Assembly (NCBI GenBank): GCA_963719315.1 | Contig: CAVRBU010000002.1 | Span: forward strand, 896,001 to 960,000 | Origin: an uncultured Planctomycetota bacterium | Lineage (GTDB): Bacteria; Planctomycetota; Planctomycetia; Pirellulales; Lacipirellulaceae | Reading direction: 5' to 3' | Length of the DNA stretch: 64,000 bases | Shown here: piece by piece, positions 1-10,193 of the stretch | Layout of the letters: the number at the start of each line of letters is the position of its first letter | Numbering within the stretch: position 1 is the stretch's first letter | Program-made: the position numbers and the translations under genes | Notes under the pieces: model-generated | The model's input: the letters and a program-made list of their open reading frames with translations, nothing else | The model's database searches: none | What the model was told of the DNA's origin: nothing

Positions 1-1472
1 TTACCATTTACGCCCGTCACCGCGACGATGGGAATCCGCCCGCTCTGCATTTCCGGGAACATCATATCGACGATCGCTCTACCAACCGGCCGCGAGGTGC
101 CATGCGAAGGCTTCAGGTGCATCCGGAGGCCCGGCCCGGCGTTGACTTCGATCACGGCGCCACCTTGCTCACGCAACGGCCGATCAATGGCGCGCGCCAC
201 AATGTCTACGCCGGCGATATCGAGCCCAACCATCCGAACCGCATCCACGGTACGCCGCGCAATCTCCGGATGAACCAGATCGGTAACGTCGGTGGCCGTG
301 CCGCCCGTGCTAAGGTTCGCATTTCGGCGAATCAGGACCTTCACCCCTTCCGGCACGACCGAATCCGGACAGTAGCCTTGTTCCTTCAACACTGCCAAGG
401 CATTTGGATCGAGCTTAATACAGCTCAGCACGGTGGCGTGACCGTCACTGCGCAAGGGATCGCGGTTGATTTTATCCATCAACTCGCGCACGGTGGAACA
501 CCCGTTGCCGACTACCTGGGCCGGCTCACGTCGTGCCGCAGCCACTAGCTGATTGCCGACGACAAGCATGCGGTAATCGTCGCCTGGCACATATTGCTCG
601 ACGACGACAGCCGAACCCTCGTTCACGGCAATCGCATAGGCGGCAGTTACTTGCTCCCGTGTCGTTAGATTGGTCGCGACTCCGCGGCCATGGTTGCCGT
701 CCAATGGTTTCACGACCACCGGTCCGCCCAACTCCTCAGCGGCAGCCCAAGCGTCGTCGGCGTCGGTCACCACTCGACCGTCGGCCACAGGCACGCCCAC
801 CGCATTCAACAGCTTACGCGTCAACTGCTTGTCGGATGCAATGGCTTCGGCCACGGCACCCGAGCGGTCAGTCTCTGCCGCATTGATGCGTCGTTGACGC
901 GAGCCATAGCCGAGTTGTACAAGACTCTCGGTATCAAGCCGCAAGGTTGGAATATTTCGAGCTTGAGCCGCTGAGACGATTGCCGACGTGCTCGGGCCCA
1001 GGCACACGTTGTGCGCGATGGCGCGGAGCTTTTCGATTTCGACCTGCAAGTCGAAAGGCCGATCGTGGATCGCCGCCAGCAGCATCTCGAACGCCGTATC
1101 GAGCGACGCCAAGCCAACTTGTTCTTCAACATACTCAATGGCGACCTTGTAGGTGCCTTCCACGGTCGTTTCGCGTGCCCGGCCGAAACCGACTTCGGTG
1201 CCGGCGAGCGATTGCAGCTCGAGCGTCACGTGTTCTAAGATGTGGCCCATGTATGTGCCACGACGCAACCGTTCAAAGAAACCACCGCGCTCGCCGATGC
1301 TGCACCGATGCTCGACCATCGTGGGCAGCCAGCCCATCAAGCGCTCATTGAAGCCTGGAATCATTTCCGAAGAGGTATCCTTGAACTCTTCCAGGTCAAT
1401 CCAAACTTCCAAAACAGGAAAGTTGGCCCAGATGTTCGGCCCTCTTAGTTTCAAAACCTTTTGAATTTGCAT
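1..1472 (-). CDS. cphA: Cyanophycin synthetase, N-terminal ~490 aa, truncated by window edge
   Basis: Not in the ORF track. Manual translation from ATG at 1472: MQIQKVLKLRGPNIWANFPVLE...HRCSIGERGGFFERLRRGTYMGHILEHVTLELQSLAG; the same frame reaches GRIPIVAVTGVNG (start of the Mur-ligase-like domain) at the edge. Confidence 0.95.
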   Translation of the reverse strand, partial: MQIQKVLKLRGPNIWANFPVLEVWIDLEEFKDTSSEMIPGFNERLMGWLPTMVEHRCSIGERGGFFERLRRGTYMGHILEHVTLELQSLAGTEVGFGRARETTVEGTYKVAIEYVEEQVGLASLDTAFEMLLAAIHDRPFDLQVEIEKLRAIAHNVCLGPSTSAIVSAAQARNIPTLRLDTESLVQLGYGSRQRRINAAETDRSGAVAEAIASDKQLTRKLLNAVGVPVADGRVVTDADDAWAAAEELGGPVVVKPLDGNHGRGVATNLTTREQVTAAYAIAVNEGSAVVVEQYVPGDDYRMLVVGNQLVAAARREPAQVVGNGCSTVRELMDKINRDPLRSDGHATVLSCIKLDPNALAVLKEQGYCPDSVVPEGVKVLIRRNANLSTGGTATDVTDLVHPEIARRTVDAVRMVGLDIAGVDIVARAIDRPLREQGGAVIEVNAGPGLRMHLKPSHGTSRPVGRAIVDMMFPEMQSGRIPIVAVTGVNG

Positions 1473-1827
1473 AGAACGAGCGGTTACCTCTTACTCTTGA
1501 TCCGTCATGATGAAAGATGCGCGAAAATGCGCGAAAGCGTGCTGGTGATTCGTTGAAAGATTGCCCCCCACCAGCGATCGAAGACTGCCCTCACGAACTT
1601 ACTACGTGTTCGTATATCTTATGGTTCTTTAGGTAGTTTGTGCAGGCAGCGAAAGCTATAGTAGCTGTCCAGCGCGCGGGCAACCACCGAGCAATGATTT
1701 TCGACAGAACACCACCATGGCAATAACCCAGCACTTATAATTATATTTAAAGCCAAGAATTCAACCCTCCGCCTGCGTCCCAATTTGAGACAAGCAGTCG
1801 TCGCGGGCCTCAAAAACCGCCCTAAAA

Positions 1828-4087
1828 GTGCCCGTCATCAACCGAATAATCGATAGCGATGGCATCCCGCCAGTATGGCGGCATGAACTGCAGGCGCAAC
1901 TGGCGTCGGGGGAAAGCCTTGTAAGTTGGTTCCAGCCGGATCTCAACTCGCGGCTTGACTTTGCCGACGGCATCGTCGTACTTACCGACCGCCGTCTGCT
2001 GGCCGCCGACGGGGCTGCGCAAGAATCGTGGAAATCGTGGCCGCTTCAAAACATCGCCAATCTACGAGCGCGCGAGGCGGCCGGGCTCGGTGCGATCGAG
2101 TTGCTGGGCCGCTCCGCGTTGGAAGCGACATGGCAATACACGGCAGCCAAGTCCGTGGCCGCCACGCAGTTCATCGGTGCGTATCAACGCGTCGCCTCTG
2201 CCGTTTCGAAGAAGGCAACATCTCCACATAGCATGCCGGTAGCCGCATCGGTCTGTCCGTCGTGCGGCGCGACGATCGAGCCGCCGCAGACCGTTTGTGA
2301 AGTCTGTACTCCGTCGGCGGCCCCGCCGCCAGTTCGCTCGTTGTGGCGACTTGGTCGCTTCGCCCGGCCGCGGGTCGCGATGATCGTGTTTGGCTTCGCG
2401 CTTACGCTCGCCAGCACCGCGGCCGGCTTGGTGCCTCCGTACCTCACGATCCCGTTGATCAACGACGTACTCATTCCGCGCCAGCTCGGCAGGCCCGTCA
2501 ACTTCGGCGTTGTCCCGTGGTATCTGGCTGGTCTGCTCGGCGCAGCCCTTGTCGCGTGGATGCTGAGTTGGGCCAAATCGTACGTGCTGGCCCACGTCAG
2601 CGAACAGATCAGCGCCGATTTGCGCAGCGAAACGTACGCGCATCTGCAACGGTTGTCGCTCGAGTTCTTTGGCGGCAAACGCACGGGCGACCTGATCTCG
2701 CGCGTTAGCAGCGATACGGATCGGATCTGCAGTTTTCTCTCAATCAACCTGCTCGATTTCGCCAGCGACGTGCTGATGATCATCATGACCGCCGCCATAC
2801 TGTTGTGGATCGACCCCGGCATGGGCCTCGTGGCGTTGTTGCCGTTCCCAATCATCGCCTCGATGGCACAGCGCGTACGGGTTCGCCTGCGACACGGCTT
2901 CGCGCGCACGAGCGCCGCCTGGGCCGAAATGGTCAATGTGTTGGCCGATACGATTCCCGGCATCCGCGTCGTGAAAGCATTTGCCCAGGAGCGCCGCGAG
3001 ATCGAACGGTTCAACGGGCGCAACCAGCACGTGCTCGATGCCAACAATCGCGTCAATGTGTTGTGGTCGTTCTTCGGACCGACCGTCACCCTGTTGACCG
3101 ATTGCGGAATGTTGGTGATCTGGGGCTTCGGCGCTTGGCGCGTGTTCCAACAGGGCTCTTTCACAGTCGGCATCCTGGTGGGCTTCACCGCGTATATGAG
3201 CCGGCTGTACCTAAGGCTCGATTCAATGAGCCGATTCCTCGCCTCGACGCAGCGGGCTGCCGCGGCCACCCATCGCATTTTCGAAATCCTCGACCGTCGC
3301 ATGAGCGTCGCGGAACCGGTACGTCCCGTTCACCCCGGGCGGCTGGAAGGCAGAATCGAGTTGCGCGATGTCACGTTCAAATACGGCAATCGCACGGTGA
3401 TTCGCGACGTCAATCTCACGATCGAGCCTGGTCAAATGATCGGTCTCGTCGGCCCGAGCGGCGCCGGCAAGAGCACGCTCGTGAACCTGATCTGTCGATT
3501 TTACGATGTGGCTGCCGGAGCGATTCTGGTCGATGGCACCGACATCCGCTCGTTCCCCGTGGAAGAATACCGCCGCAACATTGGGATCGTTCTTCAAGAG
3601 CCCTTCCTGTTCTACGGCACGATCGCCGAAAACATCGCGTACGGCAGGCCCGAGGCGTCGCCGGCCGAGATCATCACCGCCGCCCGCGCCGCGGGCCCAC
3701 GAGTTTATCTTGAACCTGGCCGATGGCTATGACTCGCTCGTCGGCGAGCGCGGCCAATCGCTCTCCGGAGGCGAGCGTCAGCGAATTTCGATCGCCCGCG
3801 CCCTGCTGACCGATCCGCGAATTCTCATCTTGGATGAAGCCACGTCTTCGGTCGATACCGAGACGGAACGCGAAATCCAAGTAGCACTCACGAACCTGAT
3901 CGAAGGCCGCACGACCATCGCCATTGCGCACCGCATGAGTACACTACGCCGCGCAGATCGCCTGGTCGTCCTCGAACAGGGCGCCGTGACGGCCGTTGGC
4001 CCGCACGACAAGCTGCTACAAACCTCCGACACCTACGCCCGGCTGCATAACGCGAACCTCGAACTGGCCGAAAGGATCGGCGCATGA
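1828..4087 (+). CDS. ABC transporter, fused permease/ATPase (exporter fold), cyanophycin-locus type; frameshift near 3690
   Basis: TM domain, Walker [10 protein letters not shown] in ORF 1828-3732; LSGGERQR and LILDEATS in the second frame (3506-4087); N-terminal extension with CPSC...CEVC. Confidence 0.9.
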
Positions 4088-4626
4088 ACACTCACGACAA
4101 TGGCGCCACCGACTCGCCGAGGGTCTTCAAACCCAGCCCGCATCTCGCGGCGCCTCCAGGGCCACCGCAGTTTTCGCTGGCTCGCGACGAATGGGGCCAG
4201 CTCGTATTCATTGCCCCCGACGGCGCACGGCATTTGCCCGTCGTGCCCACACCCTTGTTTCCGATCTCGATGCCCGACCATTGGATCTCCCTCCGCGGTG
4301 CGGATGGCGACGAACTGGCTTGCGTCGAAGACCCGAGCGTGCTGCCTGCTGAGGTGCAACAACTTTTGCAGGAGGAGGTTGCGCGTCGCGAATTCGTGCC
4401 CGTCATCGAGCGGATCGTGCGCGTCTCAGGCAACAGCGAGCCGTGCGAGTGGCAAGTCGAAACCGACCGCGGCCCGACGCGGTTCGTCCTCAAGAGCGAG
4501 GATGACGTCCGCCGCATCGGCGACCACCAAATTCTCATCCTTGACGCCCACTGCACGCGATACCACATTCCCGACATTCGGGCGATGGACGTCAAAAGCC
4601 GCCGCATCGTCGAGTGGTACGTTTAA
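4084..4626 (+). CDS. DUF1854 family protein
   Basis: FPIS.PD.WISL, REFVPVI.RI, W.VETDRG.T.F.L..EDD.RR motifs; ATGA overlap with the ABC gene. Confidence 0.85.
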   Translation: MNTHDNGATDSPRVFKPSPHLAAPPGPPQFSLARDEWGQLVFIAPDGARHLPVVPTPLFPISMPDHWISLRGADGDELACVEDPSVLPAEVQQLLQEEVARREFVPVIERIVRVSGNSEPCEWQVETDRGPTRFVLKSEDDVRRIGDHQILILDAHCTRYHIPDIRAMDVKSRRIVEWYV

Positions 4627-4636
4627 GGGCGGCCGC

Positions 4637-4736
4637 GTTCGGCGCGGGTCTGCCGAGCTCTGCCAAGGAGATCTCCGGTCAGCCCCTGAGTGCTGGGTCG
4701 GGAGACCCGCGCACAACTCGGAGACCCGCACAACTC
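4637..4736. repeat. REP-like inverted repeat between convergent genes
   Basis: GTTCGGCGCGGGTCT...AGACCCGCGCACAAC imperfect inverted pair plus partial tandem copy GGAGACCCGCACAAC. Confidence 0.55.
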
Positions 4737-4742
4737 GCCGGC

Positions 4743-5768
4743 TCACTTTGCCGTCATCTCGAACACATCAATCTGATCGTGCATCGTGTATAGGCGATAG
4801 CCATTGCCCACCGGAACAACCATGCCGCTCGATTTGTTGCTGTCCACGATCGGGTTGCCAGCATATTTCTTCCAATGCACGAGATCGGGTGAACGGGCGA
4901 TATCGGTATTCCAAGTGCGCGGCACTTTTTCTCCGCTGCCGCTCCCGTGGTAAATCGCGAAGTACGCGTCGCCGCGCTGGAAGACCTGATCCATCGCGAT
5001 CATCTCACGGTCGTACTTCTCCGGGCCGAGGCGCATAACGGGATTGTCTTGCACATTGGTCCACACTCTCGAGCGCGGGTCGGTCGTTTTTGCCAACCAC
5101 ACGCCTTGGTCTCCCCATTCGTAAAACAAATACCACACGCCGTTCTCGACCCACACGGTTGGGGTACCGCAAGGCCTTTTGGCTGCGTTTTTTCCGTCGG
5201 CGGCCCGCACATCGAGCTCGCCCTCCCATTTCCAGTCGATGCCATCGAGCGAAGTCAGCATTTCGGCGTGATTGTCGTGCTCGCCTTCGGCGAACATGTA
5301 ATAGGTATCGCCGGCGTGAACAACCATCATGTCTTCGACCCAATGATTGCGGACGAGTGGATTCTTGGGCGACCGAGTCCAGTGGATTCCGTCGGGCGAC
5401 GTGGCGTAACCGAGAAGTTTGATGTCTTCGCGTTTGCCGTCGTAACCGGTGTACCACAGACGATATGTATCACCCTCGCGGAGGATCCAGCCCCGCTCGC
5501 GGATCTTTTCGTCCCACTGCCCGGGGCCGGCAGTGGTGAACACCGGGTTGCCGGGCCGCGGGGCCCAATTCACCAACTCCAGCGGAAACTCGGCTGCCGG
5601 TGGAGTCTTATTGATTGGCGCGGTTGCGGTGGCCTGCGCGAATGTTATAGCCATCCATCCAGACGGCATAGCAACTTGCGCGATCGCCAAGAAACCGACG
5701 GTGCCGAACAGCCACGATGTCGATCGGTGGGAAGCGAACATCGTTGCGTCTCTGTGTCTCATGTTCAT
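4743..5768 (-). CDS. Secreted five-bladed beta-propeller glycoside hydrolase-like protein (GH32/43/130-like)
   Basis: Signal/TM N-terminus; repeated blade motifs YATSPDGIHW, SLDGIDW, ARSPDLVHW, NPV/NPL. Confidence 0.7.
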   Translation of the reverse strand: MNMRHRDATMFASHRSTSWLFGTVGFLAIAQVAMPSGWMAITFAQATATAPINKTPPAAEFPLELVNWAPRPGNPVFTTAGPGQWDEKIRERGWILREGDTYRLWYTGYDGKREDIKLLGYATSPDGIHWTRSPKNPLVRNHWVEDMMVVHAGDTYYMFAEGEHDNHAEMLTSLDGIDWKWEGELDVRAADGKNAAKRPCGTPTVWVENGVWYLFYEWGDQGVWLAKTTDPRSRVWTNVQDNPVMRLGPEKYDREMIAMDQVFQRGDAYFAIYHGSGSGEKVPRTWNTDIARSPDLVHWKKYAGNPIVDSNKSSGMVVPVGNGYRLYTMHDQIDVFEMTAK

Positions 5769-5786
5769 GCCTAACTCTTATCATTC

Positions 5787-8700
5787 CTACGCGCCAACTC
5801 GTTCCGCAATCAACGAGTTGCGAGAAGAGAATTGACTGTTCTGTTGATCGGCGCGTTTTGCCGCGTGAAGCTTCAGCCAGCGGGCTCTACGTACCCAGTA
5901 AAAGCGTACGGGCAGGAACAAGTCGACGACCTCGTCACTGATCAATAAACCCCCAAGTACCGGGAGCGCCATGGGCGCCAGGATTTCGCCGCCCACTCCT
6001 CTGGCGAACACCATCGGGAAGATCGCGATAATCGCCACGCCTTCGGTCAACAGCTTTGGTCGCAGTCGATGGACGGCGCCCTCGATGACCGCTTGTCGAA
6101 GTTCTTCCAGAGACTTGATGTTTTCGAGACCACCTCGCTTGTCGATCGCTTCGCGTAAGTAGACGAGCATGATGATACCGGTTTCCGTGGCCATGCCGAA
6201 GCAGGCGATGAATCCGACCCAGACGGCGACGCTGAAGTCGATCGGCGGCGCGTCCCAGCCCTGCATTATTTTGGGAAATAGATACATGAAAAACGCTCCG
6301 CCCGCGAGCGCCTCGGGTACGGCCAGCATCATGAGGCCGGCGTCGGCCAGATCGTTGTAGGTCAAGTAGAGAATGATGAAGATCAGCAGGATTACGACAG
6401 GAAAGACGATTCGCAGCGTTTTTGCGGCACGGACTTGATGCTCGAATTCGCCGCTCCAAGCAATGTTGACGCCTTCAGGCAGCTTAACCTTTTGGGCCAC
6501 AACGCGTTGGGCCTCATCGACAAAGCCGACGATATCTCTACCGCGAACATTTAAAGTGACGTAGTTTAGAAGGCGCCCATCTTCGCTTTTGATCACCGCC
6601 GGACCTTCGACAAGTTTTACGTCCGCAAGCGCGCTCAGTGGAATTAGAATTTTGCCTTTTGCCGAATGAGCCGGCGAAGCGCTGTGTGAATTCTGATCGC
6701 TCGACGTTGTTGTTTGGGTTTTCGCCGAGCGGCTCGTTTCGGCGAGGGACATGGCTGCGGAAGGGGATTCGGCGCTGGTTGCCGTTCCCATGCCGGAACT
6801 TGGGCTCACGAGTAGTCGGCGGATGCTTTCTTCATCCCGCCGGTTGGCTCGCGCGTAGCGCAGGCGCACTGGGAAGCGGTCGCGCTCCTCGACCGTAAAA
6901 GTAACCGGCCGGCCTGCCAGCGCGACTTCGATCTCGTTTTGAATATCTTCGACTGAGATGCCGTAACGCGCCGCCGCCTGCCGATCGATATCGATTTGGA
7001 CATATCCCTTGCCCATAATCGGCGCAGCAATCACATCCCGAGCGCCGTTGATAGGCTTAAGGGCTGCCTCTATTTCCTTGCACGTTCGATCGATCGTATC
7101 GAGATTGGGGCCAAACACCTTGACGCCGATATCCGTGCGGACTCCGGTCGAAAGCATTTCAATCCGATTGATGATCGGCTGGGTAAAGATGTTGCTCCAG
7201 CCAGGTACTTGAAGCACGCGGCGCATCTCGTCATCTACCAAATCGCCCTTTGGGCCGGTTTGTCTTGGCCAAAAGAAGACGCTTTTTTGGAAGGGCTTCT
7301 CCAAATCCTCGCGGATGGCGTAGAAGGGTTTGAAAGCAGACGGATCGAAAGGCTTTTCGAGTTGGACTTCCAATGCCTGCTTGTTGAATGCGTCGGTTTT
7401 GCGTGCAATCGGAGCACCCCGAATGAGGAGATCGATTTTGGCCCCTTTCACCAGTTCTTCGATTGCGTACCAAGTGAAGGCTTCGGTTCCACGATCAAAG
7501 AGTTCCCAATTGATTTCGTGAACGCGCTCTTCCCAAAGCTTGGTTCGCTCTTTGGATACCGCTCGTAGTAATTCTCCAGCAAGTGTTTTCCTTTTTCCGC
7601 CGAAGAATTCACTAGTTTCGCTCCAGAAACTTTTTATTGATGATTCCTTCAAATCCAAAGCAGTTGCTACGTCCGGCACTGCGCCCAACTTTTCAAGATC
7701 TCGCGCCACGTCTTGGCTAAGCTGTGTCACATCTTCCAACGCGGGCGCTTCGACCAACCAACGACCGTACTTCGGCGTAAGATTCTTCGCCAAACGATCC
7801 GTTTCGGCTTTTGCATTGATTTTTGTTGGCCAGTGTAGCGTTCCCGCTTGTTGTAAGTGGTGAAGCATTTCGACGACCAGATACCTAGTAAGTTTCGGCT
7901 GAAGTTCGCGCTCGAATTCCTTGTAGCGAGAAAGGGATAAGTCGCGCATGGTCTCATCAAATCGCTCCAGCGCTTTCTGGCTCGCATCATTTATCAAGTT
8001 ATTTCTTTCGCTGTCGTCGCGCGCACGCAGCACAAATCCATCCGTTTCAAGCCGGTCGAGGACTCGCCGCGTCTGCTTGGCAGCATCCTTGTACTTCAAA
8101 ACCCGCTTTGGCCAGAGTTCCCTCGGTCGGTAGTTGACGAACGTCTCGACCATATCGAGAGGCGCTGGATCGGTCGGCGTATCAGCCCGACCCGATTTGC
8201 CGATTACCGACTCGACTTCGGGGAACCCACGCAACAACGCATCCCGGGCCTTAAGATCGTCGGCAGCCTCCGTGATGCTGGCGCGTGGCACCGTGACGGG
8301 CATGTCGAGTGTTGTACCTTCATCGAGCGGGGGCATAAACGTGACGCCGATTTTGGGAAACTGGTAAGCCCAGAGCGCGATCACGACCAAGCTTGCGAGT
8401 GAAAGGCATTGCCAATACCAGCGCCGCGTCAGAATCACGGTGAAGGACGAAACCGCGAAGAAAACGACCAGAAACGCCTGTCGCCAGGCAGTCTCCGAGG
8501 CGCCCAGACCGATTACCGCTTGGAGCGGAAACATCCCCGCCGCCAGTACCAGCAGCACGGCGAACATCCACATCACCAAGTTGCGCCTCGGCAACGCCCA
8601 AGTCAGCAGCGGCTTGTAAATATTGATGAAGCTGCGGACGATCCAGTTTTCTTCTTCACTTCGCAGCCGGCCCTTGATGAATACGGGAATCAAGGCCGGA

Positions 8701-10193
8701 ACAAGCGTTACTGAAATGATCGCCACACCGAGCATGGCAAAGCTCTTGGTGAATGCCAAAGGATGAAACAGCTTTCCTTCGCGTCCGCTGAGCATGAACA
8801 CAGGAATGAAGGAAAGCGACATGATCATGACCGAGAAGAAGATGGGCCGGCCGACAATACGACAGGGTGCAATCACCAGATCCCGGATGTCACCCGTGAC
8901 TTTCTTGTTGCCGAAGTGGGCCTTGAGATGGTGGGTGGCGTTCTCCGTCATCACGATCGCCTGATCGATGAGAATGCCGATCGAGATCGTAATGCCCGCC
9001 AGCGACATGATATTGGCCTGAATGTCGATAATGCCCGTCACGCGCAAAATCCACATCATGAGAAACGAAAAGAGGACCGCGAGCGGCAAAGTGACGCAGA
9101 TGACAAAAACGCTGCGAAAGTGCATCAGAATCAGTAGGACGGCGATCGATGCAATCACCATCTCGTGCGTCATGACGTCGGTGAGCGTGCGAATTGCGCC
9201 GTGGATTAGTCGCGTTCGGTCGTAGGCTGCCACGATGTGAACGCCTTCCGGCAACCCCGGCTGAAGTTCTTGAATCTTCTCTTTGACGCGCTCGGTTACC
9301 GCCAGTGGGTTTTCGCCATGCCGCATTAGCACAACGCCACCCGTAACTTCATTTCCGTCCTTCTCGAAGATGCTGCGTCGATACTGAGTGCCGAGTTGCA
9401 CGGTGGCAATATTCTTGACGTAGATCGGCGTTCCCTTGACTTCCTTGATGACCGTGTCTTCGATGTCCTGCGTATTCTTGATCCAGCCAACGCCGCGAAC
9501 GATGTATTCGGCGTTATTTTTCTGCACTACTCCGCCGCCAGACGGCATATTGCTTTTCGAAATGGCGGCAAACACTTCCGCGAGCGTAATGCCGTAGGCC
9601 CGCAAATCTTCCGGCCGAACATCGATTTGGTATTCGAGCGGCGTCCCGCCGACGATCGCGACATCGGCCACGCCCGCCGCGGAATTCAGTTGTTGAGCGA
9701 TATAGAATTTATTGAGTGCCCAGAGCCTACCTGGCTCGATTGGATTGCCCGGCGATGTTTCGACCGTGTACCAGAAAATCTGACCGAGTGCCGTTGCATC
9801 TGGAGCCAAATAGGGAACGGCGCCAGCGGGAAGAAAAGTGGCCGCCTGGTCCAGTCGCTCGGTGACTCGTTGACGCGCAAAATAGAAATCGATGTCGTCG
9901 TTAAAGATGATCGTGATCATCGAAAAGTTGAATTCTGACGAGGAGCGAACGGCTCTTACGCCCGCAAGCCCCTGCAGCTTGCGAGATAGCGGATAGGTGA
10001 TTTGATCTTCAATCTCTTTGGGGCTTCGCCCAATCCAGTCGGTGAAAACGATGACCTGGTTTTCGCTAAGATCGGGAATCGCATCGACTGGCGTATTGAG
10101 CGTCGCATAGATTCCGGCAACCGTCAGCGCAGCCGCGATGACGATCACCAAGAAGCGGTTTCGAATCGAGAGTTCAATGATTCTTTCGATCAT
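5787..10193 (-). CDS. cusA: CusA-type heavy-metal RND efflux permease (Cu/Ag), 1468 aa with insertions
   Basis: DAIPDLSENQVIVFT, PDATALGQI, GKLFHPLAFTK; FMPPLDEG, DPAPLDMVET and NRIEMLSTG carry the Met residues matching the CusA metal site. Confidence 0.92.
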   Translation of the reverse strand: MIERIIELSIRNRFLVIVIAAALTVAGIYATLNTPVDAIPDLSENQVIVFTDWIGRSPKEIEDQITYPLSRKLQGLAGVRAVRSSSEFNFSMITIIFNDDIDFYFARQRVTERLDQAATFLPAGAVPYLAPDATALGQIFWYTVETSPGNPIEPGRLWALNKFYIAQQLNSAAGVADVAIVGGTPLEYQIDVRPEDLRAYGITLAEVFAAISKSNMPSGGGVVQKNNAEYIVRGVGWIKNTQDIEDTVIKEVKGTPIYVKNIATVQLGTQYRRSIFEKDGNEVTGGVVLMRHGENPLAVTERVKEKIQELQPGLPEGVHIVAAYDRTRLIHGAIRTLTDVMTHEMVIASIAVLLILMHFRSVFVICVTLPLAVLFSFLMMWILRVTGIIDIQANIMSLAGITISIGILIDQAIVMTENATHHLKAHFGNKKVTGDIRDLVIAPCRIVGRPIFFSVMIMSLSFIPVFMLSGREGKLFHPLAFTKSFAMLGVAIISVTLVPALIPVFIKGRLRSEEENWIVRSFINIYKPLLTWALPRRNLVMWMFAVLLVLAAGMFPLQAVIGLGASETAWRQAFLVVFFAVSSFTVILTRRWYWQCLSLASLVVIALWAYQFPKIGVTFMPPLDEGTTLDMPVTVPRASITEAADDLKARDALLRGFPEVESVIGKSGRADTPTDPAPLDMVETFVNYRPRELWPKRVLKYKDAAKQTRRVLDRLETDGFVLRARDDSERNNLINDASQKALERFDETMRDLSLSRYKEFERELQPKLTRYLVVEMLHHLQQAGTLHWPTKINAKAETDRLAKNLTPKYGRWLVEAPALEDVTQLSQDVARDLEKLGAVPDVATALDLKESSIKSFWSETSEFFGGKRKTLAGELLRAVSKERTKLWEERVHEINWELFDRGTEAFTWYAIEELVKGAKIDLLIRGAPIARKTDAFNKQALEVQLEKPFDPSAFKPFYAIREDLEKPFQKSVFFWPRQTGPKGDLVDDEMRRVLQVPGWSNIFTQPIINRIEMLSTGVRTDIGVKVFGPNLDTIDRTCKEIEAALKPINGARDVIAAPIMGKGYVQIDIDRQAAARYGISVEDIQNEIEVALAGRPVTFTVEERDRFPVRLRYARANRRDEESIRRLLVSPSSGMGTATSAESPSAAMSLAETSRSAKTQTTTSSDQNSHSASPAHSAKGKILIPLSALADVKLVEGPAVIKSEDGRLLNYVTLNVRGRDIVGFVDEAQRVVAQKVKLPEGVNIAWSGEFEHQVRAAKTLRIVFPVVILLIFIILYLTYNDLADAGLMMLAVPEALAGGAFFMYLFPKIMQGWDAPPIDFSVAVWVGFIACFGMATETGIIMLVYLREAIDKRGGLENIKSLEELRQAVIEGAVHRLRPKLLTEGVAIIAIFPMVFARGVGGEILAPMALPVLGGLLISDEVVDLFLPVRFYWVRRARWLKLHAAKRADQQNSQFSSRNSLIAERVGA

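Noticed and set aside
2184..3302. Long antisense ORFs here and at 24381-25424, 38342-39112, 54285-55064 and 58230-59027
   Set aside because: Each overlaps a well-supported gene on the other strand, as expected in GC-rich DNA.
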